This document shows, in pieces, positions 12,352-23,800 of a stretch of 64,000 nucleotides of DNA. Position 1 is the stretch's first letter. Each line of letters starts with the position of its first letter. The stretch is from Botryllus schlosseri (taxonomy: Eukaryota): assembly GCA_051294905.1 (NCBI GenBank), contig CM119372.1, positions 28,336,001-28,400,000 of the forward strand. The letters run 5' to 3'. The notes below the pieces were generated by a model that had not been told where the DNA came from, ran no database searches, and saw only the letters and a program-made list of their open reading frames with translations. Both the position numbers and the translations under genes were made by a program.

Positions 12352-14044
12352 TGATTAAAATGAATTTACGTTTACCGGGGACCGGACCTTTGAAATCGAT
12401 TGATATTCTTTGCCAGGGATAAATGGCTTTGATCAATTGGTGAGAATCTCCTTTATAAAATCTAGGTTTGAGTTCTGCGCATACACGGCAGCTGGAACAG
12501 ATACGTTTCACGTCTTCCGTGGAATACGGTAAATTCTTGGATTTAACAAAGTGGGCCAATCGGCTAACTCCGGGATGGCCAAGTTGTGCATGGATTTCAT
12601 TCAAATTTTGACCTGAACCGGTTACGGAGCAAATACGAGACAAGGTGTCTGCAGCGACGTTTTCGATTCCCGCGCGATGTGAAATGTCATAGTTGAAAGA
12701 GCTGAGTTCAAGACGCCATAGCGCAAGTTTTGTATTCTTGATTTTGCTGTGATGCTTCTTCTGAAATATGTAAGATAACGCTCTTTGATCTGTAACAAGA
12801 AGGAATTTCTGATAGGCAAGCAAGTAGTTCCACTTCCGAACCGATTCAATGATTGCGAGAGCTTCTTTCTCAATAGCGGGGTAGTTCGATTCTGTCTTTG
12901 TAAGTGTGCGAGAGAAGAACGCTACAGGCCGATCACACTGATTCAAAACTGCTGCAATGGCGCAGTTTGACGCGTCACACTCAACTGTAAATGGTTGGTC
13001 TTCGTAAATGCATCCTAGACAAGAGTCCATTATCTCTTTCTTCAATTGATGAAAAGCAGCAATAGCATCAGGTCCCAAAGGAAAATTGGATGAACGAATA
13101 AGAGGCCTAATCTTAGCCGAGAAATTGTGAATCCATTTGGAATAATATGAAAACATACCGCATATACGTTTCAAACCTTCAGAGTCCGTTGGCGCGGCCA
13201 TTTCCAGAAGCGGCTTCATGTGGTCAGGGTCCGGACTTATGTTGCCGTGAGATATTTTGTTCCCAAGCAATTGTATTTCTTCGATTCCAAAACTTGATTT
13301 CTCTGTATTGATGGTTAGGTGACAAGCTGTTGCGGAATCTAAAAATGCTTTCAAGCGGATATCATGCTCTTCCTTGGTCGCGCCATAGATTGTAATATCA
13401 TCCAAATACGCCACTACACCCTGTAATTGATGCTTTGAAATAAACGAATCGATGTAACGTTGATAAGCCGCTACTCCATTCGTGACGCCGAACGGTAATC
13501 TGCAAAATTGGTAAAGTGAACCGCAAGCGGCGAACGCCGTGAAAGGTCTGTCATCAGGGTGTAACGGGACTTGATGGTAAGCCGATTTCAAATCAACGGC
13601 TGAATAGTACTTGCCTTTAGAGACTTCATTGATAACATCTTCTATACGTGGCAGTGGATAAGCATCCAAATTGGTGTACCTGTTGATAGATACTGAATAG
13701 TCAATGACAAGTCTTCGTTTATGCCGCGCGTCCCTGGTTACTAGTGGCTGAGCACGCCAAGGTGAATGACTCGGTTCTATGATACCGTCACTGAGGAGCT
13801 TCTGTACTTCTCCTTTAATAAATTCGTTATCTTCTTTGCTATACCTTCGAGAAGGAGCGGCAATAGGTTTGCAATCTGGAGTCAAGAATTGGAATATACG
13901 AAGCGGTTCATCGACTATGGAAGTAACAAGTGCCAAGTGAGAGTTTACGCCTACTGTAAATGGCTCGTTCTTGCCATTTTGAATTCGAAAATAACCTTCT
14001 TGTGCAATCTCATGAAATCTAGTCCCAGGACGAAGTCTGCACAT
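12352..14044 (-). CDS. pol: Pol: reverse transcriptase, RNase H and integrase N-terminal part
   Basis: RT motifs (DLKSAYHQ, LPFG, YLDD), RNase H (ECDAS, EKEALAI, TDQRAL, ADTLSR), integrase HHCC and the first catalytic D (SIDFKGP). Truncated at the nested transposon; the last ~30 aa of the listed ORF are insert read-through. Confidence 0.95.
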
Positions 14045-15138
14045 AAATCATCGATTATGCCAAATTGATGAGTGTACTCACGTGACGCCACTATGAATAC
14101 GACGGTAACGTGTCCTAGCACATCGGTGGCGCATTTGTTGGAAGCCAATTTGATACTGTAAGTTGGTCCCTGTGGAAACAAACCTAGTTTGATGGCAATA
14201 TCCAGTTTGATGAAACATTCAGCAGCTCCCGAATCGAGCATAGCATCGAATATCTGCTGTGCAGTTGTAAGGGGTATGGTCGAGTCCTTCAAACATTTCG
14301 GAGCAGCAGCCAGGTATTTGCTTTTTGATTTACAGAACTTTCTGAAATGTCCAAGTCTGCCACATTTATAACATTCAACCATCGATGCTGGGCATTGGTC
14401 GCGCTTAGCGACATGGGTACCTCCACAGAACGTGCATTCTTCGATTGATTTGACTTCGGACACTCTGCTAATTGCAGAAACCGTGTTGAGCTGAGGATCC
14501 GGTGCGTCTCTCGCAGGCCGGCTGGGATCGTTAGAGGTGCTTGCAACGAAACGTGCATCGATGTCATTAACTTTATAGGAAATGGAAAATTCTTGAGCTT
14601 TCTCCAGTGAAATAGCAGTGATAATCGCTTTTTGCAGTGGCAGTTCCTCGCATTCAAGCAGTCTCGTACGTATATGGGAAGATTTCAAACCTCTGATGAA
14701 AGCATCTCTTATGGATTCTTGGCGATATTGCTCGGCGGTGACACTCTTGAAATCACAATCCTTTGCGAGCGCTGATAAGCTTTGATGAAATTCCTGAACG
14801 GTCTCGCTGGTATCTTGCGCTCTACTTGAGAGAAGATGTCTTGAAAATATAACATTTTTCTTAGGTTTGTAAAGATCCTGTAATAACTTCAGAGCTTCGT
14901 CGTAGGATTGCTTTTCTTCTATCAATGCGTAGACGTCCGCCGAAATGAATCCACACAATAATGCAAGCTTATCTACTGTGGCATCGGCAAAGGATGCAGC
15001 AGCTATGTAGGATTCCAGTTGTCGTTCCCAATGACAGAATGACTTCTGAACGGCCGGAGCATTCGGCAACACCTCAAGAGTAGGTACCCTTATGAGAATA
15101 GGGCATCGGCGGTTTTCTGCTCCTCCATCGACCGACAT
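13951..15138 (-). CDS. gag: Gag-protease of the Gypsy element
   Basis: Capsid-like region (IRDAFIRGL), two Zn knuckles (CTFCGGTH...C and CYKCGRLGHFRKFC), aspartic protease motif MLDSGA and the LGLDF motif. Confidence 0.93.
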   Translation of the reverse strand: MSVDGGAENRRCPILIRVPTLEVLPNAPAVQKSFCHWERQLESYIAAASFADATVDKLALLCGFISADVYALIEEKQSYDEALKLLQDLYKPKKNVIFSRHLLSSRAQDTSETVQEFHQSLSALAKDCDFKSVTAEQYRQESIRDAFIRGLKSSHIRTRLLECEELPLQKAIITAISLEKAQEFSISYKVNDIDARFVASTSNDPSRPARDAPDPQLNTVSAISRVSEVKSIEECTFCGGTHVAKRDQCPASMVECYKCGRLGHFRKFCKSKSKYLAAAPKCLKDSTIPLTTAQQIFDAMLDSGAAECFIKLDIAIKLGLFPQGPTYSIKLASNKCATDVLGHVTVVFIVASREYTHQFGIIDDLCADFVLGLDFMRLHKKVIFEFKMARTSHLQ

Positions 15139-15170
15139 GACTAAAGCTGCTTTGTCTTAGTTAATAAAAT

Positions 15171-15328
15171 TGTTGTGAATCGAATACACCTCTTTACATC
15201 CAAGGCTTTTATTAACTAAGACAAACAATAAATAGAAACGCAATGGTTTTATACCTAGGACTAGAGTACATAATCAACCAATTAAGCAATAATAACAAAA
15301 CCGGAATGAGACGATAGCGATCACCACA
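15171..15328 (-). repeat. 5' LTR (158 bp) with TATA box and AATAAA
   Basis: Minus strand TGTGGTG...CACAACA; TATAAAA at 15253-15247; AATAAA at 15213-15208. Confidence 0.95.
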
Positions 15329-16253
15329 CGTGTGGATATAATTCATTACATAACGACGTGCAAAGCCAATACTTTTGATTTAATGATGAGCAATGGAATT
15401 CGATGATCCAGTGATTCTGCTCTCAATAACCTGACGTTCACGACTATTCAGTTTATGGTATAATCCTTGTACATACAATAAGTAAAACGCAATAGTTCTT
15501 TTATAAAAACGTCGATTAGATCAGGGCTCATCAGCCGGGTATATCGTAACTCTAGAACTAGGGTGTATCACTGGAATGGGATGTTCTGGGGTGTACCACA
15601 CTCTTAACAAAAGGTGCTACACGAAAACAGAACCCAACTCAGAATATCGCAGTCATAAATCCTACGTACTTTCCTACATTCCTCCGTGCATGTATAATTT
15701 GGATTAAAATGTTGTACTCGATTTATACCGCGATATAAGTCTGAGGTAGCTTCTGGTTTCGTTCGTGTGTCGTGGGTGTATATTCACACCGTTATATCAC
15801 CGGTGGTACACGGGTGGAAACTGGAAGTACACAGTATTTTCGCTAAGAGTGTATATCCACATTACAAGAGACCGCTGACTAGCTATCACAATAAATAGGC
15901 AAGTTTATGCTTCAGGTTGACCGAATTTGCAATATCGCATATGATGTTCATATCAACTGTACGCAGGTTGTAAATTACATTCCTTTTCTGATGTCATAAG
16001 CAAATGCTTCTCCTCGTCATTTAACTGTTTGGTTTGGGAGTAGAACAGGGGGAAGTTAACATGTGTTCAGCTTGCGATATCTGTCTTAATTGGTTCTCGA
16101 GAACACCGCCTGTATAGCTCAGACATGTTGAATTGATACTTCATGCGAGATGCATATAAATAACGCAGCGGTGGCGAGGCCAGCGGGGTCTCGGGGGCCG
16201 AGTTTGAGAACCACTGTGTTAGATGGTGGCGCGATACCCGGATTCGTGATTAA

Positions 16254-16766
16254 TAGGGCAAGTTTTTGTTGCAGTTAAATCCGTGGAAAGTTGCATTTAT
16301 TTTTGACAAAAGTTGCAGTGAAAAGTTGCATTTATATTTTCACAAAATTTGCACTAAAAGACCACATTTTTCTCGTGTGACTAAAAATAAAATCAACTTC
16401 CCAGTTCCACTCCCGAAATACACTTTTCCATCCGCATTCTATATTGATTGACTAGAAAAAAAAATGTCAGCTTTCCGGCTCAGCTCCCGAAATACCCGTA
16501 AGAGCGTTACTTCAGTGCTGATTTACAGAATTTCAGTCGAATTTGGCCGTATATTTCACCAAAATCAAAAATACTTTCATGAAAAATCGAAAAAGTTGCA
16601 AAATGTGGCAAAAAGTTGCATGGAAAAAAATGGAAAAAGTTGCAAAAAGTTGCACTATAAGATTCCTTCAAACAGCTTGAAACAGCATTCTAAATGTCTG
16701 ACGAGCATTTAGGAAGCTGCCGGAAGCTGTAAAAAAAAGTTCCAAAAGTTGCAAAAACTTGCCCTA
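16254..16766. mobile_element. hAT-like MITE with AAAAGTTGCA subterminal repeats
   Basis: TIR TAGGGCAAGTTTTTG; flanks GTGATTAA / GTAATTAG (6/8). Confidence 0.8.
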
Positions 16767-17374
16767 GTAATTAGCATTTCGCAAGTCCAATACAATGCAA
16801 TATTGCTCATCCTTATTGCGATAAAGCCAGGGCATGCTGCCGGGAAACAATAATTATGCGACCGTCTACACTTAATTAAATTAGCGTGTTTGAATCTGCG
16901 AATTGGCTCCCAAATCCCTGAGAGATTTTAATCAGCCTAGAAATTTCCTTCACGCTTAGCGCGATTCGGGGTGACTTGAATATATTTCGTTTTTGATATA
17001 ATAGTGCTTGCAATCTGATCCCCATCGTTCAAATGCGAACGGCAGAGGAAAATGAGGCGATTCAAATATATGTCGACTATACAGACAACCCTGAGGAAAG
17101 TCAAGAAATAACATCGTGCAACAAATTGATTAATAAAAACCGGAAGATGCATATTCATCAATTTTGTGGCCAAATTTTTCTTCACGTGGACTGAGAATTG
17201 ATAAATATTGGGTCGTATTATGTGAAATGACAAATATCATCGACGATATTCATACGAGATTCTGAAAAAATGTGGAAAGTGGAAACCGTATTCCAATAAC
17301 TTTCATACTAGTTTCATACTAACATTTATACTCGCGATTTTGAGGCATATATAGCAGGGGTGGGCAGACCTGCT

Positions 17375-17940
17375 TCACGCATGAGCCGCATATAAAGAAT
17401 CTTAACTTTTTTAGAGCCACAACACAAAAATTCAAAAATAAGCATTTATGACGTCACAATGAAATGTAGGCTATCGAATGAAGTTTATTTTTGTGTAATG
17501 TAATGGGCTGCAGGTGGTAGGTGTTTGAAGCCAGACTGATTGACAGTTTCTTCATCTGCCGATGAGCATTTAGGGCCAAGATTTCAGCTCTGTAATCTTA
17601 TTACTCTGCAAATCTGTCTTCGTTGGGTAACTCGTGGCAAAGTTTTGGTGTTTGGTTGCATTATGACGTTTCAAGTTACTGTTCTATTTTCCTGTTCATA
17701 CTTTCCTTTCTTGCGATTGTCGCTCGACTATATTTTCTTGGCCAAAATCTGCAGTAGACCTAACGCTAGCCTTTACGATGCAAATGGAAGAGCCGTATGC
17801 ACTATTACTAGTGAGTAGATAGTCGTTACCTGTGATCTTCTGGATTTCAGCCATTCACTGATTAAATTGTTAGGTTATACTAAAAAACGCTGCACGCCAA
17901 ATTTGGCTCTATTCTGACAAAAGCCGCCGCAGATCCAATT
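17375..17940 (-). mobile_element. hAT (Charlie-like) remnant with transposase N-terminal fragment
   Basis: CAGGGGTGGGCA end; minus strand near 17580-17690 reads SNLKRHNATKHQNFATSYPTKTDLQSNKITELKS. Right boundary uncertain. Confidence 0.6.
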
Positions 17941-18734
17941 AAAATTTGTAATTTATTGGGAAAAATTAAAGAACAAAATTCAAATTTTTCTGTCAACTCC
18001 ATGAAATTGTTGAGTTGTCTTCAAAAACTATGCAAAACAAATTTGACTCAATTCCAACTAGTAGAAGCGGAGTTATTTGAGTTTTGAGTAAACGACAAAA
18101 GGTGTACCACGACGAAAGAGATCGGAAAGCCCTGGATTAGGTAAGCTACTTGTTTACGATTAATTCGGATTTCGTCTCGAATGTGAGGTCTGAATATTAT
18201 GATGCTTATGGCTCATCATCCTTGACCACGTTTTGAAGGGGATACAAATTCATATATTTTCACGCATCGACCGATCTCTGTATCAAAACGGACAGACTAT
18301 ATAGGCAGAGATTAGCATGGGTTAGGATTTGCAATTAAATAGTATATTCATGTTGAAATGAACCCGAATATTTTCGGCTGACACTCGTCAGGGGTAATCG
18401 TCAGCAACTAGTAGAGAATTGGACAGAACATTGTATATCAACAATCGTATCACAAAATATGACGTCACCAGCATGCAATTTCGAATGAGAGAGCGTTAGG
18501 ATTTGGAAAAACCGGATTTGTGAAATTTTGTCGGATTTGAGATTTAAAAAAAATGAATTGGATTCGTCGAGTTTTTGGGGAGATTGATGTTCGGTAGCAA
18601 ATGGCGACGAAGTTTTTCGTCCTAGCACGATTTTCCATAGTTTGCAAAGTTATTACCCCAGGTACTTTGGCACTCATTCAGTGTTTCATTTCTTTTTACA
18701 GAATTATATAGGCATAAAGATGTAGGCTATAGTA

Positions 18735-20313
18735 CAGGGTCACCAACGCCGTGCCCGCGGGCCCCAGGTAGCCCGCGAGGACCAGATGAGTAGCCCGCGA
18801 GTCTGTTCCAAAAATAGATCGAATCGCAGCACTTACCAGTCAGTTTTTATTTATTTATTTATTGATTTAGCTATTTATGTTTAAACATCCTAACATGTGA
18901 CTTACAAACGACAATATACTCAATTACAACTGGTAATATACAAACATGTAATCGAATCACAAGACTGGGGATACGGCACGCTGCCTAAACAGGTGACATT
19001 GCTGATTACCATCCACTGTCTTATTGAAATGGCGGGGTTCCGTTATGATAGCTCGACGTCCAAGACAATGTCAAAGGAGTTTACAACGTTATTTTTCGGT
19101 AGCTGATAGCCGTGAAGGTGAAGCACTAGCGGATTTTCAATGGCTGTATGCCCATTACGTATTGTATCATTTGACACGGCATGATTCTCTTACTCTCAAC
19201 GCAGCTTAGTACCAACTTCCTGTAATCGTTGCTGCTGTCCGGTATAACCAAATTTATTGAGCCTGTATGCTGAACAGTTAGAGATTGAAATTGCAACACT
19301 GCAAATTGACCCCCACCTCATAGCCCACCAGGCTGCACCAAACTTTTGGTTCCTTGTTGACACGGAAAAGTAGTGTGGTGTATGCGCAGCAGATGAAGGT
19401 AGCAAGCATGTTTGGTACAACCATAGTGTCCTATATGGTGTCGACAGTCGACACAGGCAAATCTCACGCCTCAGTGAAATTGTATCTAGGCGAAACGAGA
19501 GAGTAGCTCAAGAGAAAAAGAGCCAGACAGCATTGTTGCGTCCCAATGCCAATCTCCATAACAATGAAAAATTCGAGGCTGATTGTGGGAGTTCCAGGAC
19601 CACGAGCGGAATAACATTTATATTTTCGTAATCAGTGCAGATTCAGCTTTCGATTGATACCCGTTTTACTAAATTTAATGCTCGGCAAGCCGGTCAAAAA
19701 TGACCGTCAAATTGCCTGCAGCCAAATGGAAATTGTGACGTGATACAACTTCACTGAGGCGTGAGATTTGCCTGTGTCGACACCATATAGGACACTATGG
19801 TACAACACATCGTTGTGAATCAGCCTTTTCTGATATGCACTGCATCAGAAACTAACACAGAACACGCCTTACTAATGCGCATCTGGAAGAATGAATCACT
19901 CACAGCTGCAGTGTCAAGTTACATATCAGAGTAGAGCGCATTGTTGATATCACGCAATGCCAGGCTTCCCACGGAATGATATAGAAACATATAACATGAT
20001 GTCCAGTCCAAAGTGTGGCATGATTTATTTAAAAATTTGAGTTGACTGTTGTTGCATAGTTCATACAATTATGGTGCGAAGTAATTCATGGTTTCTTAAA
20101 AATGTTTGTGGCTAGCACGTTGAAATACGATGTTCTGATTTTACAAGACTGCCTTAGAAGTTTTCCCACGTGATGCTTGCCATTCCCAGTGCTATGAATA
20201 TCAAAGTGGAAATTCAGTCTAGTACGGGTGAACGGTAGGAGTGAATGGTAGCCCGCCGCTTCAATCAGTACCCAAAAATTAGCCCTTGGTTGCAAAAAGG
20301 TTGATGACCCCTG
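18735..20313. mobile_element. hAT-type non-autonomous element
   Basis: CAGGGTCACCAAC ... GTTGATGACCCCTG ends with TAGCCCGC subterminal motifs; TSD not recognisable. Confidence 0.65.
19422..19799. mobile_element. CATAG-ended MITE with ~55-bp TIRs and 7-bp TSD (P-superfamily-like)
   Basis: TIR CATAGTGTCCTATATGGTGTCGACAC...CTCAGTGAA; TSD GTACAAC on both sides; the left TIR has a GTCGACA micro-duplication. Confidence 0.85.
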
Positions 20314-20808
20314 TAGTTTTCAAGTGGAATTCCAAGCTCGAATCGGATTGGGATTTTAATATACAAAATTTTTGGATTAGAAGCTTCGAATTGTCATTGA
20401 ACTGAAATTGAGCTGTTATTTGAGGTCACAATTCGATATTATCTTGCTGGTGATAATTGAATGACATTAGCTACATATACCAGCGACGATTATCTTCGCA
20501 TCAACTCTGCGTAGAGATCTTCCATCTGCCTCTCAAATGATGACCACGACTGTGCAGAAAGTAAAATGCACGACAGACACTATAATAGTACACTGACTGA
20601 CTGACTAAACTGACCAAATATCCCGATACGTGTATTTTCAAACTCTACAAAATATGAACTAAACAATCCGTGAAAATTATAAAGCACCGATCACTACAGT
20701 GGACGCTACTGTGGTACGTAACATGCTATTTAAAGGACATGCGTAAGTGCAAATTGGATACTGCGGTATGAATTGAGAGTGCAAAACACATTATTGCAAT
20801 GTCGATTT

Positions 20809-23800
20809 TCAAGAAGGTATCTTGCCGAAGTATGGATTGCCGGTCAAGCTGAGCGCATCTTTCATCTGCTTCACCTCTGAAATGTAAATATTTTAGTCTA
20901 CAGTATTTTACCTAGGGAGTGTTTTCGTAAACGGAAAGGTGGCACGATGCAGGGTTGTAATGACTCGACTCGAGTCAGACTCGAGTCACGATTTTCGGAT
21001 GACTCGACTCGAGTCATTTTCTCAAAATACGGAAATGACTCGACTCGAGTCAATCTGTGTATTGACTCGACTTAGACTCGACTCATTGCGCATGACTCGA
21101 AGCAAGTCATTGACTCGAGATTCAGACGGCCAAGACCGACATTTCGTTATAATTTCGAAGCCAACACATTATTGGGATTTCGTTTGTTGGTACTGGTGCT
21201 TGAAAATGCGACCAGAAACTGCTAAAAGTGAGGAAAATTGATATATTATAAATGCGAACCATTCAATATCACCAAACAGAGTTAAAAAAGTGGGTTTAGG
21301 AAGACTTTAACTGGAAACTGAGCAGTCAACACAATGACTTGGACTCGGACTCGAGTCATAATACAATGACTCAGACTCGATCCTCTGTTCGCTGACTTGG
21401 ACTCGGACTTGACTCGGTGGGAATTGAAAATGACTCGACTTGACTCGAGTCAAAAATATAAAAGTGAGATTGACTTGTGACTCGGAGCCTTGTGACTTGG
21501 TTACAACCCTGGCTCGATGTCTCCTGAGAATAATGCGATGCATTCTTGAACTGGAAACTAGCCGGATTTGTGCCGAAACTTGAGAGTGTTCCACAATGGC
21601 AATCAGCCTAATTTTAATTTGATTCTAAACAGCATCATCAGCGCCGTACCATGGACATTACGGCTGCTCGAAACAACGTAACAATTTTGGCTAAATTCCA
21701 ACCGGTAGAGGCGAATATATTGCAGTTGAAAGTATTGGATTTGAAAAAAATAGCATTGACGTTGGGTTATATTACAAATGTTAACTAAAAACTCAAATAA
21801 CTCCACTTCTACGGGTCGGGATTTAGCCAAAATTGTTATGCACCGTTTTTTAGACATCTTAACAATGCCATGGGTAGCCAGTAAATTTTGAAATAAAAAA
21901 AATATTAATGAGAAATTCAAAATTTTAATATTGTAATAGCTTCGTGTTTGAATGGAATGGAAAATGTTGTGTGCATCGTTTTTTTAGGCAACCTGTAAAT
22001 ACAACAAATACTATTTTGAACACCCCTAATGCACATATACACCGATGCTTGATTTTTCATCTGATACTGGGACCTCGGACGGATCTGAAAACATATCTGA
22101 ATTGGAAACAACTGGTGAATACAATATAGCTGAACAGCAGAAGTTCCTAATTGAGAACCGTGAAAAGCCAATCAAAATCGTAGGAAGTTAGCAAAAAAGT
22201 CGGACTAATTAAATCGCGGATTTACTGGAAACTCGTTAATTGATCAATCCAATGATTAGGAACATAGGCTATATGATCCTCACAGCAATAAGTAGAATTT
22301 CCGATGGTAATAAGCATATTGTAGAATCATGAACGAGAGTCCGAATTCTTGGATTTAAGATGATCATTTCGGTTAGTGTCGACATGATTCTGACAGTTTC
22401 AGTGCCTTTCCGGAACGTTCAGAATAATATTTTATATGGTTACAACAACCGTATCAATATCAACAAATATACCTGCTCAGGGGTGCGTGAGAACACTACA
22501 AAAGTTAGGGGTCTGGTTAGAAAGAGTTTAAGAAATCCAGCTGTAGAGAGACTTTTTGGTAGGTCCGAGATACAGTATCAGTGTTCCAACTATATAATGC
22601 AAATAATGTGGTCGCTATGCTCTGGACTTCCGACTGAATAGATCCCAGCCTAATTTCCTCCATCAAAAACATGCACTTTAAAAGTATCTCAGATGCTTCT
22701 TGCTCTTTTGTGTTGGCCGCTGCTTAAAGACCGCTTCTGATAAAGGCTGCACTAATGCAAAGCAGGGTTGTAATGACTCGAGTCACGATTTCCTGATGAC
22801 TCAACTTGGACTCAGTCATTGCACAGGACTTGAACCAAGTCATATGACTCGAGACTCAGACAGCCAAGACCGTCATTTCATTGTAATTTCAAAGAATAGT
22901 AAAGAAGCCACACTATTGGGATTTCGTCTATTGGTATGGGCACTTGAAGATGAAAATAGAAACTGCTAAAAGTGAGGATAACTAGTATGGTATAAATGCA
23001 AACGATTCGATATCACCAAACAGAGTTATAAAAAGTTGGTTTAATAAGACTTTAACTGGAAACTGAGCAGTCACCACAATGACTTGGACTCGGACCTGAC
23101 TCGGTGGTGAATTGAAAATGACTCGACTTGAGTCAAAACTATAAAAGTGAGATTGACTTGTGACTTGGTTACAACCCCGATGCACTGCTCTGTGTAACAT
23201 AATCGGAAATTTGTCTCCTATGTTCATTGCCTTACCCAGCTTGAGTCGCTCGTTTTCCTGAGTCAATTCGTTATTCCTAGAGTTCAGAAAAACAGCGTCT
23301 TGTATCGCGTCGTCCAGCAATCCGCGCCAGCGGTTGTCAAGGTCCACTTTGAACTCTTCAAAAACCTAAACAATGGACAGATAAGCACGAAATTGTAGTC
23401 CGATATTTGGCGGCCTGTCCAATGACGCCATCTCTTCATCTACTATGGTCGTTATATATTCCTTGCCATAAGTAAATTGTTACTGCTATAAAATAGGGAT
23501 TCATCATACGACGTCACTGTTAGACCAGTACATGCATGAGTAATTAAGGAGACTGATTAGAAGCTACTCCCAATGGAAACTTCCGGTAAGCCAAAGCATT
23601 AGACTTTGCATCGTGCTGTAGTAGGGTTGTAATGACTCGAGTCACGATTTTTTGGTGACTCGACTTGACTCGAGTGATATTTTCAAATGCGTATGATGAC
23701 TCTACTCGAGTCGATTTTTGTATTGACTCAACTTGTACTCGAGTCACTGCGCAAGTCATATGACTGGAAGCTAGGACGTTCAAGACAGACATTTCGTTGC

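Larger units (their letters stand above)
5814..15328 (-). mobile_element. Ty3/Gypsy LTR retrotransposon (Mag-like gag), full length, interrupted by a nested DNA transposon
   Basis: Two 158-bp TG...CA LTRs (5814-5971, 15171-15328) that read identical. 5-bp TSD CGTGT (5809-5813 and 15329-15333). Domain order gag-PR-RT-RNaseH-IN. Purine-rich tract (minus strand CGGGGAGAT, 5972-5980) abuts the 3' LTR. Confidence 0.97.

Noticed and set aside
20490..20550. Alternative last exon SWSSFERQMEDLYAELMRR*
   Set aside because: Needs phase 0 while the preceding exon ends in phase 1; 20876-20809 fits. It could still belong to a minor isoform or 3' UTR.
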